Source: Diplonema japonicum
Lineage: Eukaryota; Protista; Euglenozoa: Diplonemea
Direction: 5' to 3'
DNA length: 64,000 nt
Assembly (NCBI GenBank): GCA_964019335.1
Contig: OZ025673.1
Coordinates: forward strand, 248,001 to 312,000
The notes under the pieces are model-generated. The model was given only the letters and a program-made list of their open reading frames with translations. It did no database searches and was not told the origin of the DNA. How positions within the stretch are numbered: the first letter of the stretch is position 1; each line of letters opens with the position of its first letter. Positions 1-10,136 of this stretch are shown one piece after another. Position numbers and translations under genes: made by a program.

Positions 1-1982
1 CTCCCTTACTTTCCCCCACGGTGCCACACCTAGTCGCTCTCTTCCTCTCTCTCTCTCACGATTTCTTTCCGCCTTTTTTTCATTTTCTAACCAAATTTAC
101 TTTTTTTTTTCTTCTTCTTCTCCCCCCCTCTTTTGACCAAGCCGCCTTATTTTAGTAGTGGGCTGTTTATTCATGAATTTGACACGAAAAGCTGGTTCAC
201 GAGCGGGGAAAAAAAAAAAAAGAAATTAATTGCATTATGAAAGTGAAGTCAAATACTACCGCCCGAGAGAGAAGGGGAAACAAACAAAAGTTTTTTTTTG
301 GGGGGGAGGGAGGGGTGCTTTTTTTTGGGGGGGGACAACAAAATGAATAAAAAATAAAGAGGGAGAGGGGATGGGGGAGCGTGTGTGTTCGGGGTGTCGG
401 GGACACAAAAAAAAACTTTTTTTTTTCCTTCGTTATTACTTTTTCTTCCTGGGAATGTGCAGCGGTTATTCGGGGTGGTATGTAGAGGCACCGTTTGACA
501 AAAAAAAAAAAAAAAAAAAAAAACCTCCCACCAAAGTTACGAAATTAAGAAGTAAGAAGGAGTCCGGTCACAAGCCCCATGTCCTTATGCTGTTCATGAC
601 GTGCGCAGGAAAAAAAAAAGAGAAATAATAGAACTAACACACAACTGTTAAAACGTGACCCCAAGAAGCAAGTAGGTAAGTATTTCCCCCCTTTTTTTTT
701 AAAGATCGCAAAAGGGAGAACAGGAAAAATAGGAGAATAAAAAAAAAAAAAAAAAAGCGCAGAAAGTGGGCAAGAATGGTGGTGTTTTTTTTTTTTTTTT
801 TCCCTACTACTTTTGCCATATTTCTTTTTTTTATTTTATTTCACTTCCCCTCACTCTTTGCCCACTTTCCTTTTTTTTTTTTTTGCAGCCATAACATTTG
901 AAAAGAATTCCTCCCATTGCTTTATCATTATAAATCGATTCCTGTTTCCCCCCATTCTCACTTTACTTATTTTTCTTTTTTTTGGTTTTCCCTAATTCTC
1001 CGCATTGTGTTTTCTTGCTCTATTTCTTTTTTTTCCCCCGTACCCACTAAAGAATTGGGGGGGGTAAAATATGAAAAAAAAATAGAATATGGGAGGTGGC
1101 CAGGGGGAAAGAAATAGATTTAAAAAAAAAAAGAAAAAAAAAAAAAGTAGACACACCACAAACGCGATATACTGTAAAAAATGGTACAGAAACAAGCTCT
1201 TTTTTTTTTTTTTTCTTTTGGGGAGAGGAAGAAAAAAAAAATAAAAATAAAAAAATAAAAAAGAAACAAAATAAAAAAGATCAGCGCCTCCCTGTGAAGC
1301 TTCTTGTTATTCACCCTGACATAAGAGGAAGAAAAAAAAAAGAAAAAAAAAGTGAGGTGCCTGCGCTCGTTTACACAAAACGTAGGAATACCGCAAAAAA
1401 AAAAAAAGAAAAAAAAAGGTCTCAAAAGAAAACAACACGCTGATATCAAGATTTCTAGAAGAGTTTTATGTTTTTTTTTTTTTTTTTAATTTCTTTTCTC
1501 ATCTTAAAAGAAGAAGAGAAAATCAAAAGAAAGAATGACGTATGTCTACAAGGGAGGGCTGGAAAAAAAAACAAAAGGAAGGGGATGGGGGGATCTGATT
1601 TTTATCCCCTTCGCCTGAAGTTCTGAAGGTCCTATTCTGTGGACAAGAAAAAAAAAAAAAAAAGAAGAAGAAAAAAAAGCTAATCACAATCACACCCATA
1701 AAATTAACAAAAAAAAAAGAAAAAAAAAAGAAAAAAAAATAGGGTAAAAGAAGATAGGAGTGGGAAATACAGCTTTTTTTTTTTTTTTTCCCTTCTTTTT
1801 TTTTTCCTTCTTGAAAAAAATTAATTAAAAAAAAAAAGCCACCCCTCAATGTACTACTTACCTTTATCCTTTCTTTTTTTTTTTTTTCCTTTTTTTTCCT
1901 TTTTGTCTTTTTTTCTCGTCTTTTTTTTTTTTTTTTTCCATTGTCCAAGATGAAGAATCGGGGAATCTTTTTTAAAAATAAA

Positions 1983-2010
1983 TGTGTGTGTGTGTGTGTG
2001 TGTGTGTGTG
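1983..2010. repeat. (TG)n microsatellite
   Basis: About 14 TG units. Confidence 0.9.
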
Positions 2011-3671
2011 TTCTTGAAGCCGGGGAAGTAAGGGACGGTGGGCGAAATAATTAAATAAGGTACTTTTTTTTTCATTAGGGAAAAGAGGTAATCTTTGTGG
2101 CAGGGATTCCACTGACGCAGTGAGTCAGTGAGCACAGCAAAAATTCACTATGATGGGGGGGGGGGGGGAGGATGAAAGTGTTCAGAAGTTCCACAAAAGG
2201 AAATCTGGCTTCGCATATTTACGCCCCACGACCAGTTAAATAAATCAAAAAAAAAAAAAAAGAAACCCTCTTGTTATCTCTCTATCTCTCTTTGTTCTGA
2301 AGAAATATTTAAAAATAAAAAGAAGGAAAATAAAAACCAAAAACAAAAGCAGGCAAGTCAACACGATTGTTTTACCGAAAAATTGTAAAAAAAAAAAAAA
2401 AAAATCTGAAATCACTTTCGTTTGATTACTGCTGTAAATAAATAAATAAATAAAAAAGCAAAAGGGAAACAATATATATATATATATATATTTTTTTTTT
2501 TCTTTTTTTTTTTTTTATTTTGCGGATAAGCAACGCACTCCCTTAAACTAATAAAGAAGGGGGAAAAAATCGTGAAAGGGGAAAAAAAAAAAAAAAAAAA
2601 AAAAATTTCTTATCCGCAGCGCTCTACCTCCAGCAAAAGCCTGCGCATGAAAACAAAAACAAAAAAGATAGAGAGAAAAAAGAAAAAAAAACTGTGATGG
2701 GGGAGAAGAGGTATAGAAGCAAGGGGGACAAAAAAAAACAAAAAAAAAAATCGGCGTGTGCGGGTGGCAAGGAAGGCATAATGGGGACGTATGAGTTTAT
2801 CTTGAACTTGTTCTCCCTCTTACTCCTTCCTTCTGGTCCATTCTCCGCAATATTAATTTCCCTTTCAACTTCCTACCCCCCTTCCCCCCCTTTTTTTATT
2901 TTCTCTTTTTTTTTTCTTATTCTTTTTTATTTTCTTCCTCTGATGTCTCCTCTTTTCTTTTTTTTTTTTTTTTTTCTCCCTCATTTTTCACCTGAATATA
3001 CAAGTTAGAGACAGAGAGAGAGAGAGCAGAGAGGAAAAACAAAAGAAGAAACTCACGCTTGGTAATAGAGCCAAAAACTTATGTTTATTTGAAAGAAAAG
3101 AAAGTTTGGCTCAAAGAGGAGCGTCCTCTGCCCCCCCCCCCCCCCCCCCCCCCCCCCTCGCAAGCAGCGAAGCTTTTTCAACAAAAGAGAGAGTGAGAAA
3201 AAAAAACAAAAACAAACTGAGGACAAAGACTCATAAATTTGTTTTTTTTTCTTTTTTTTTTTTTTTTCCCCTATTACTTTCCATTCAACCACGCAATCAA
3301 CAGCTATTTTTTTTTTTAAAAAGCTTTTTTATTTTATTTTATTTTATTTTAAATTTCTTTAAAAAAAAGGGAAAACAAAAAAAAAAAAAAAAACCCCCCA
3401 AGAAAAAAAAAAATGTAGACATATAGTGGTGAAGGACAACGAGCGAGAGAGAGAGTGAAAAAGAAACAGATAACTGTTACCACTTTTTTTTTTCCCAATA
3501 ATCTTCTCCCAGACCCAGTTAAAGAGACAACTAAAAAAATGAAAAAAAATAAGGAGGGAGGGAACCTGTAACAACACTGGCACCGTTTGTCTAAATTTAT
3601 TTTATTTCTCTTTTTTTTTTTTTTTTTAAATTCCTCAAAGTGCCCGGTGTCGAACTGATATATCTCCCTGT

Positions 3672-3674
<3 letters not shown>

Positions 3675-3725
<51 letters not shown>
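3675..3725. repeat. ~51-nt poly-A tract
   Basis: Longest uninterrupted homopolymer seen in the window. Confidence 0.9.
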
Positions 3726-3728
<3 letters not shown>

Positions 3729-3909
3729 TATTCTTCCTTAGTATTTACTTTTTTCATGGAGAGGGGAAAGGGGTGGAAGGAGGAGGGAGGAAAGGGAAAA
3801 TCGAGAGGGAAAAAACAAAAAAAACAAGCATGTGCTTCCCCCCCCCCTTTTTTTTCAAAATAAGTTTATTGCAACAAAAAAAACAACAACAATAAAATCA
3901 CACATACGC

Positions 3910-3942
<33 letters not shown>

Positions 3943-4127
3943 TTGTGTCATTTCTTTTTTTTTCCTTTCCTTTTTCTTTTTTTTTTTTTTTTTTTTTCAA
4001 AGATGAACATTTTTCTTTTTTTTTTAAAGATATTTTTAAATTTTTAAACTTCCCCACTTATTTCAATTCCTATTCCCCCCCCTTTTTTTTTGCTTTTTTT
4101 GTTTGTTCTCTCAAAGTATATATTTAC

Positions 4128-4169
<42 letters not shown>

Positions 4170-4203
4170 AAAGGAAATAAGGGAAAGAAGGATTGTCGCG
4201 GAG

Positions 4204-4234
<31 letters not shown>

Positions 4235-4276
4235 TGGTTCAAATCTTCAAGTAAAACTTTAATTTCCTCCCTCCAT

Positions 4277-5074
4277 TCACAACTGCTTCCTCAAAAGCTT
4301 AGGGCACTCCGACTCGGGCTTCACTTGACGGGATTTTCCCAACTTATCAGCAAAACGTGCGACGAATGTGATCGCATCATTGTTTCCAATTTGCAACGAG
4401 TTTCTGTCGAGGAAAGAGCAACACCTCGAAGCCTCAGAAACAGTGGAAAATCTGACGAAGGCTACACCGTCAGAGTGGTGCTTCATGCACAAAACCTTGC
4501 AGTCAACAACAGTGCCGTACTTGCTACACATTGTGGTGAGAGTGGCTTGGTTGAGATAATCCTTGAAGCCAGAGATGTACACGTTGACTGACTGCTTATC
4601 AGGAGACACTTCCTGCTGCCTGGCAACAGAGACCTTAAGCTGCTTTGTGGAGTTCTTGGGCATGGTCCCGTTCAGGCTACGAATGGCCGCGTCGGCGGAT
4701 TTTCCGTTTGCGTATTTTACAAAACCGTAGCCCTTGGACCTCCCAGTGGTGATGTCGCAAACCACATGAGTAGTGTCCAGCTCTCCGTACTGCTTAAAGG
4801 TGTTCTCGAGCCAGTCGACATCCATCCACGAGGTCAGGCCGTTGACAATCAGGTTTCTGTTGTTCATGTCCAAGTCCTTGGCGCGTGTTTCTTCCACAAC
4901 AGCCTCTTCAACGCTGCTGACATCGCTTTCGCCGGCTGAGGGAGTCGGCATACCCATGTACGGGACCATCACAGGGACGGGGACCTGAACCATGATCGGG
5001 GTGCCGTCCTGCATGTACATAAGTCTGGGCATCATGCCGGTGGAGATGAAGGGCATCATGGTCATCTGAGGGCC

Positions 5075-5080
<6 letters not shown>
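4277..5080 (-). CDS. RNA-binding protein with two RRM domains (ELAV/Sxl-like)
   Basis: ATG at 5080 follows a poly-A run (the ORF extension upstream is poly-K/F noise). RNP2-like NLIVNGL, RNP1 KGYGFVKY, second RRM with NVYISGF and GVAFVRF; Met/Pro-rich N-terminus. Confidence 0.9.
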
Positions 5081-5111
<31 letters not shown>

Positions 5112-5116
5112 CTGGG

Positions 5117-5147
<31 letters not shown>

Positions 5148-6030
5148 TTCTCGGCATTTTTTTTTTTTTGGGGGAAAAAAAAAGAAATTGGGAAAGTTAT
5201 GAGATTTTTTTTTTTTTTTTTTTTTTTGCAGCTATGTGAGACAGCAAGCATGGAAGCAATAAAGCCAACTGCCTCCTGGAAATAGCTGATTGGGAGAGGG
5301 AGTGGGGGGCTACATTTCAAAACCGAAGATTTCTTGTTGGTTTGAGCCGGGGAAAAAAAAATAAAAGTTTTAAAAAAGTATTGCGCTTTTTTTCTTTAAA
5401 TGCAAAAAAAAAAGAAATGCAAAAACAAAGAGTATACATGGAATATAAAAAAATAAAATAAAAAAGAATTTGGCGGCATATTGATCCCCTTTTAATTTTA
5501 ATACCAAAAAGAATAAAAGAGAATGAAAAATACTTTTAAAAAAAGAAAAGAAAAGGGGGAAAGGTATTGCCCCCAAACTCCTCTGATCCAGTTCTTTCTT
5601 CTTTTTTTGTACGTCAACATTCTACAGGGCGGGGGGGGGGGGGGGGGGGAGAGAGAGAGGTGGGTGGGAACTAAGGGAAAGAAAATAAAGACAAAAACTA
5701 ACCTTAAAAAAAAAGTAGAAAAAAAATTGCGTGTGTAGCTAGCACATAGCAAAAAAAAAAAAAAAAAAGAAAAGTGTTCTGTTTTGTTTTGTTCTAAGGA
5801 TGGGCATGCCCGGAAACCCTCCGAGCTTGCAAGAAGGGGTGTGTCTATTTCTTTCTTTCCCCCCCCCCCCCCCTTCTTTCTTTTCTTCTTGACATACCTT
5901 AAAAAAAAACACAAATAAAGCCAAATCCTAAAAAATCCTAAAAGAATAATTTTTAGGTTTGCAAGGCATGTCATTCGTGACACAAAAGACGATTTTAACA
6001 AAGAATAAAATAATACAAAAGTGAAAAGAG

Positions 6031-6126
6031 ACACAAGAACTGTCTACTCGATCACAGGGGGCGCACCGCGGCTGAGCTGTAGCTTCTTCTGCGTTCCGCG
6101 TCGTATGCAGCTCAACCCCAGCCGGC
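6031..6126. repeat. Dispersed structured repeat family A, copy 1 (3' part)
   Basis: CACAAGAACTGTCTACTCGATCACAGGGGGCGCACC is shared with 6751-6818 and 36890-36950; followed by hairpin TGAGCTG...CAGCTCA and CCCCAGCCGGC. Confidence 0.75.
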
Positions 6127-6750
6127 GAGTGTTGTCTAATGTACTTCTTATATTTCCATGTTATCCCCCACCAAATAAAAACGAGGGGGGGAGAAAAAAA
6201 AGTAGAAAAGAATAAAAGACAAGAATTAGAAACAGAAAAATCATTATTTCTTCAAACGGAGCTAATCTTTTTTTTTTTCTCTTCTTTTGAAAAAAAAAAA
6301 AAAAAAAAAAAAAGATACTGAAATTATTTCCCACCAGAATATTTCTTTCCTTTTTTTTTTTTTTTTTTTTATTGTTGTTTGGCGTCTTTGTCCATCTTGA
6401 TGATGTCCTACAACGTTAAAGGGAGAAAAAAAAAAAAAAGAACACACGTGAGTTACCAAAAAAAAAAGAAAAAAAAAAAGAGGTAAAACTTCTGCAGTAC
6501 CTGCACCACCTGCCTGCCCCTTAACCAACATTTCCTTGTCAGGCAATGGTGATGTCAGATTCAAGCGATGGTATTTGCATCATCACCTTCAAAATCAGCC
6601 CCATCAAGGACTATGCATTCTCCACTGCTGAACGACGTGATGGAGACAAAAACAAGAATGCGAAATGACCCCAAAAAAGTGGTTTCAAAGTAGCAGGAGA
6701 ACGGAAGCAAAACAGTCTTTTTCTGTTTCTGATAAAGAAAACTCGATGAT

Positions 6751-6818
6751 TTAAAGGTAGCCGGTGGGGGCACCCTGCACAAGCACCATTTACTTGATTA
6801 CAGGGGCGCACCTCGGCC
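6751..6818. repeat. Dispersed structured repeat family A, copy 2
   Basis: TTAAAGGTAGCCGGTGGGGGCACCCTGCACAAGCACCATTTACTTGATTACAGGGGCGCACCTCGGCC; aligns with copies 1 and 3. Confidence 0.75.
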
Positions 6819-6825
6819 TAGAAAG

Positions 6826-6856
<31 letters not shown>

Positions 6857-6858
<2 letters not shown>

Positions 6859-7073
6859 GATAGCACATCACCCCCGACTAAACAGATACCAACCCAAGCG
6901 CAAACACGCTAGCAATGAGGATTCCCTATCAAACCCTAAATCACACCTCCGAGACCATGATGAACGGAATGAAGGCTCGTTAAGTTGCTTTTTTTTTCTT
7001 TTTTTTTTTCATCCCACAGCCTCAAAATAGGGCTGAATGCTGCCCTTTTTAGTTATTTTAGCCTTTTTAGGGG
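6857..7073 (+). mobile_element. Multiply deleted fragment of the piggyBac element (3' end), opposite orientation to the 11811-13591 copy
   Basis: Blocks match the reverse complement of 12062-12432: CCCAAGCGCAAACACGCTAGCAATGAGGATTCCCT, CCCTAAATCACACCTCCGAGACCATGATGAACGGAA, CATCCCACAGCC, AAATAGGGCTGAATGCTGCCCT. It ends in TTTAGGGG, like the element terminus. Confidence 0.9.
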
Positions 7074-7127
7074 TTGTAAAAAAAAAGTTTTTTTTTCCCC
7101 CCTCTAATATATCCATCTTCTTTCTCC

Positions 7128-7213
7128 TCATGACAAAAGAGTTACTTTCTTTTTAAGATGCTGTTGGGCTCCGTAGAAATCGTAAGACGACGAATGCAGC
7201 GCGTTGACCGCCC

Positions 7214-7249
<36 letters not shown>

Positions 7250-7984
7250 CTTCAAAAAAAAAAAAAAAAAAAAATCAAACCTGGCCAAAGCATGTGGCGA
7301 TTTACAACAAGCCTCCAGAATCTTAGCTAGATGATGATGCTGTGCAGGCAGAGACTCCATAGGGCATGCAGCAGGCACCAACGAAAATGGCTTCACAACA
7401 GACCGAAGCCCAGGATTGAGTTCCACCCTTTCTGTATCTGGAAAGGGAGGAGGAAGTTTCCCAGGAGAAGTACCTGGCTTAGGGGACGCCAAGGGAGAAT
7501 TTGTCCCGACCGGGCTGTTTCCACCTTCACCGTCATCCGTAACTGGCAGTAATTTTGGGTGTTTTTCTTTCTTTGCTACTTTTCGCTTTACAGGACTGCC
7601 CCGGCGTGGGGTCCGAGGAGTACGTGGGCTGACCTTCCCTGACCTGGGTGGGGGGGCCTTGCTTGCTACTACCGTACTCGTTGTTTTGCAAACATCCATA
7701 ATCACTTTCAACCCTTTACGCTCGCCACCCGCCTCCGATTCGAAAATTAATTGCAAACTTGTCATGCTGCACGTAAAAGACGGCTTTCGCTTACCCGGAG
7801 ACTTCTTCCCCGGGGTAGGGGGGGACTTCAGGAGCATGGGGCTTTTTTTACTTCTCGGCGTGTTAATTGGTGTGCCGTTGTTGCTCCCGCTGCTGCCTTT
7901 TCTCCCTGGTGTTACTGGTGTTGTGGGGGTCGAAGGAGACGCCATCACAAGGGGCGCCCTGTGCTTTGGGGTAGGGCTCGGCAT
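7128..7984 (-). CDS. Pro/Ser/Lys-rich hypothetical protein (many SP/TP sites), 2 exons
   Basis: Exon 1 7984-7281; GT-AG intron 7280-7213 (68 nt); exon 2 7212-7128 restores an open frame ...HALAR-AVNALHSSSYDFYGAQQHLKKKVTLLS*. The C-terminal helix is weakly ELM2-like. Confidence 0.7.
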
Positions 7985-8144
7985 TTTTTATTTTCTTTTT
8001 CTTTTTTTTACCCCCTTCCCCGGGTCACCTCCCCCCTTCCTTTTTCCTTTTTTTTTTTGTACGAATTTCCCTTAAGAAACAAAAAAAAAAAAACAAAAAA
8101 AAAAAACCCGTGTAATGAAGGGGGAACAAAAAAAAAAAGCTCCT

Positions 8145-8486
8145 CTACAAAAACTGGCGGTGTGCGACGGGGGGCCGTGGTGCTTTCTCAACACGGTGGT
8201 ATTCAAATTTACTCCTTGGTATCAATCCTTGCATTCCGGGGAACCCCACGGGCGTCTCGTGTTTTGGAAGCATTTTCTTCAGTGATATCTTTCCGGTCGG
8301 CCCCGCGCCCTGTGTGTTCCCTAACCGTATCAGGCTGATGGCCTGCGATGCCTCTGATATAGGGCCGATCTGCGGTTCAGAGCTCTTCACAGCTGAAAAA
8401 TTGTCAGAGGGCCACATGCTGTGAAACCTTTCCCGCCGCCTTTCTCGTTGTGGCGGCACCTGCCCTCGCGATAATATGCTGAACAT
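8145..8486 (-). CDS. Small hypothetical protein (113 aa)
   Basis: The ORF exactly fills a mixed-composition island between homopolymer tracts, on the same strand as its neighbours, with an A-rich leader before the ATG. No recognisable domain. Confidence 0.55.
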   Translation of the reverse strand: MFSILSRGQVPPQRERRRERFHSMWPSDNFSAVKSSEPQIGPISEASQAISLIRLGNTQGAGPTGKISLKKMLPKHETPVGFPGMQGLIPRSKFEYHRVEKAPRPPVAHRQFL

Positions 8487-8930
8487 ATTTTCTTTTTTTT
8501 TTAAAGGTGTAAGAAAAAAAAATTAACGTTTGGTTCGGGTGGGGGAGGGGGAGGGGAAGCCCTGTTTCTTTTTTTTTTTGATGATTTTAGCGATCGCACC
8601 AAAGTTGGAAGAATGGAAAGGGGTGGGGGTGGGTGGGGGGGTCGACGTGCTGAATAAAATTGACTGAGATAGCACCACCCCCTTTTTTTTGTCTTTTGGT
8701 CTTTTAACAGTTTTTTTGAGGTTTAAAAAAACCGTATGAAGGACTTCAGCCCTCCTTCCCCCCCACCCCCCCACGTAATAACACCTCAGAATACGGGGAC
8801 TTTTACTCAAACATTTTCTTTTTTTTTGTGCACACAAGCACAAACGTGCCAAGACGGAAAATATTTTGCAAGCGAGGGCGGAGAGGGAAGGAAACACTAA
8901 TTTATTTTCTTTTTTTCTTTTCTTCTTGCT

Positions 8931-10052
8931 TCAAACAAACAGCGCATTAAGGGATTCCTCCCGATGCGTGCGCTCGACTGCTGCAGCAAGCATGGGGGCG
9001 AGGGACACTATGTGCAACTTGGGGCAAGCTTTTTGTTTTTCAGTTGTATTAACAGAGTCGGTGATGACGACCTCAATGAGCTCAGTGCAGGCATTGAGGC
9101 TATCGACGGCAGGGTCCGTGAGCACACCATGAGTGGCCACTGCGTAAATGGACTTCGCACCACGTGCTGCCGCCAGCTTGGCAGCGTTGATAAGAGTCTT
9201 GCCGGTATCGATAAGGTCGTCGATGATGATGCAGACCTGTCCCTTGACATCGCCTACCATCTCCATCTTGTAGTCCCCGTCGCGTTGTGTCCTCTTCAGG
9301 ATGGTCACCACGCCCCTCGCATTGACAAGGTCTGCCAGCAGTCTCGCCCGTTCCACACCGTTGGCGTCCGGTGCCACCACTGTGACCTCCTCGCTCAGGT
9401 TCTTCACCCCTTCCTTCGGCACGATCGTTTTCAATGTGTACCTGCAGAACTCATGATGCGTCGGCAGGTTGTCTACAGGGCAGTTGTGGAAGAATCCTTG
9501 TATCTGCCCGCAGTGTAGGTCCACCGTCAGCACCCTGTCCACACCCATTGACTGCAAGAGCTGCGAAACTGCGGATGCTGAGATGGGAACCCTTGGTTTT
9601 GTCTTGCGGTCCTGTCTGGAGTACGCGATGTATGGGATGATGCCTGTGACCCTTTTTGCGCCCTTTAGCTTCAAGGCGTGGACCATGAAGAGCACCTCCA
9701 TGACAGAGGTGTTGAGGTCGCCGCCCCCGTCACCCGGGCACATGGGCTGCACCACGAAGACATCGTCGCCGTTGACGTCGGTTCCCTCGAAGTTGACGCC
9801 CAGCTCGTGGCTCGCCGCCTGCTGCACGTGCACGTCTGTGAGGTCGACTTTCAGTATTTTGCAGATGTCAAGCGCCAGATCTTTGTTCGTCCTCCCCGTC
9901 ACCACCTTCAGCTTGTATTTTTTCTCATTCGTGAGAGGAGTCGACACCCCTTCCCCAGTCCCGCAGTCTTTGTTGTAAAAGTGCGTCTTTTCATACCGTG
10001 CCATGTCATCCGTGCTGGGGACGCACTGCAGCGGGGATATTTTGGCACTCAT
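8931..10052 (-). CDS. PRPS: Ribose-phosphate pyrophosphokinase (PRPP synthetase)
   Basis: Motifs PYIAYSRQDRK, VDLHCGQIQGFF, VVAPDANGVERA, IIDDLIDTGKTL, ATHGVL; ATG at 10052. Confidence 0.96.
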   Translation of the reverse strand: MSAKISPLQCVPSTDDMARYEKTHFYNKDCGTGEGVSTPLTNEKKYKLKVVTGRTNKDLALDICKILKVDLTDVHVQQAASHELGVNFEGTDVNGDDVFVVQPMCPGDGGGDLNTSVMEVLFMVHALKLKGAKRVTGIIPYIAYSRQDRKTKPRVPISASAVSQLLQSMGVDRVLTVDLHCGQIQGFFHNCPVDNLPTHHEFCRYTLKTIVPKEGVKNLSEEVTVVAPDANGVERARLLADLVNARGVVTILKRTQRDGDYKMEMVGDVKGQVCIIIDDLIDTGKTLINAAKLAAARGAKSIYAVATHGVLTDPAVDSLNACTELIEVVITDSVNTTEKQKACPKLHIVSLAPMLAAAVERTHREESLNALFV

Positions 10053-10136
10053 TTCTTTTTTTTTTGCAAGTCTCACTTTTTTTTTTTTGTTTCTTGGAAA
10101 AATAATAAAAATAAAAAGATTCTTTTTTTTTTGTTT

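Noticed and set aside
197-4262. Numerous 60-140 aa poly-K/poly-F ORFs (also in 15700-19000, 32000-33700, 34400-38500 and 62400-64000)
   Set aside because: They are translations of A/T homopolymers with no coding complexity.
6548-6587. Minus-strand GTGATGA...CTGA flanked by GGTGATG/CATCACC, resembling box C/D
   Set aside because: Only about 20 nt separates the boxes, too short for a C/D snoRNA, and no guide could be identified.
6760-6818. Family A reverse complement contains Alu/7SL-like CCTGTAATC; SECIS and HDV-like ribozyme also considered
   Set aside because: No SRP S-domain motif, no AUGA/GA SECIS quartet, and no nested pseudoknot could be drawn.
6561-7145. Third exon for the 7984 gene via a GT at 7145, with a SANT-like fragment near 6700
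   Set aside because: Phase-compatible acceptors lead quickly to stops; simple read-through to TGA at 7128 is more parsimonious.
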